DNA of 64,000 nucleotides from Oligoflexales bacterium (GTDB lineage Bacteria; Bdellovibrionota_B; Oligoflexia; Oligoflexales; Bog-1112): NCBI GenBank assembly GCA_045106415.1, contig JBGCEP010000026.1, positions 76,582 to 140,581 of the forward strand, read 5' to 3'. Shown piece by piece: positions 63,661 to 64,000 of this stretch (position 1 is its first letter; each line of letters starts with the position of its first letter). The notes under the pieces were generated by a model. It saw only the letters and a program-made list of their open reading frames with translations, ran no database searches and was not told where the DNA came from. The position numbers and the translations under genes were made by a program.

Positions 63661-64000
63661 ATTGCTGTTGAGGATCTTCATGTTAAAGGAATGATGAAGA
63701 ACTCAAGATTGGCAAGGTCTATAGCAGACATGAGTTTTTATGAGTTTAGAAGACAACTCGAATACAAAGCAAAGATGAAAAGATCTCAGGTTGTGATTAT
63801 AGATCGTTTCTTTCCTTCAACAAAGCTGTGCTCAGAGTGTTTGGCTCGACATGGCATTTAACTGTCTCAAAAATTTTGGACATGTACGAACTGTTCTTCG
63901 CGGTATGATAGAGATATTAACGCTGATTTAAATTTAAAGATGGCCGCGAGCTGCACGGTGTCAGTTTGTGGAGAAGAAAGCTCAGGATTTTCTCATATGA
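63661..64000 (+). pseudogene. tnpB: TnpB (IS200/IS605/IS607) C-terminal remnant
   Basis: IAVEDLHVKGMMKN.RLARSIADMSFYEFRRQLEYKA; FFPSTKLCSEC; in-frame TAA at 63859; CTNC..DRDINA. Confidence 0.9.

Overview
AT-rich bacterial chromosomal window, most consistent with a Bdellovibrionota/Oligoflexia-like organism. This is an inference from a TIGR02147-like gene, a RomR-like gene next to nadC-birA, a long deltaproteobacterial-type MlaD and many sigma28-like promoters. The backbone is housekeeping: tatA, mlaEFD, betT, fur, lptG, fadBA, efp-accB-accC, fadD, rdgC, nadC, birA, thiI, lgt, mtaB, hemF-ccmF-ccmH. Accessory content: (i) a five-gene envelope cluster (cytochrome c lipoprotein, lipoprotein, di-heme DUF1588/DUF1585-like protein, Tat-exported DUF1501 protein, putative beta-barrel); (ii) a BagAB/Get3-like ATPase pair between tatA and mlaEFD; (iii) a lipoprotein-anchored R-S-E ADP-ribosyltransferase with no evident immunity gene; (iv) a DedA/VTT-lipase fusion; (v) a secreted vWA + metzincin pair divergent from a TIGR02147-like regulator; (vi) an MqsR-like/Zn-ribbon-HTH-Panacea toxin-antitoxin pair; (vii) decayed IS5, IS701-like and TnpB elements, including a 105-bp MITE. 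Also seen: a candidate ~113-nt structured ncRNA and a probable CTG start codon. No rRNA, tRNA or CRISPR array was recognised. All family calls come from motif recognition by eye, not database searches.
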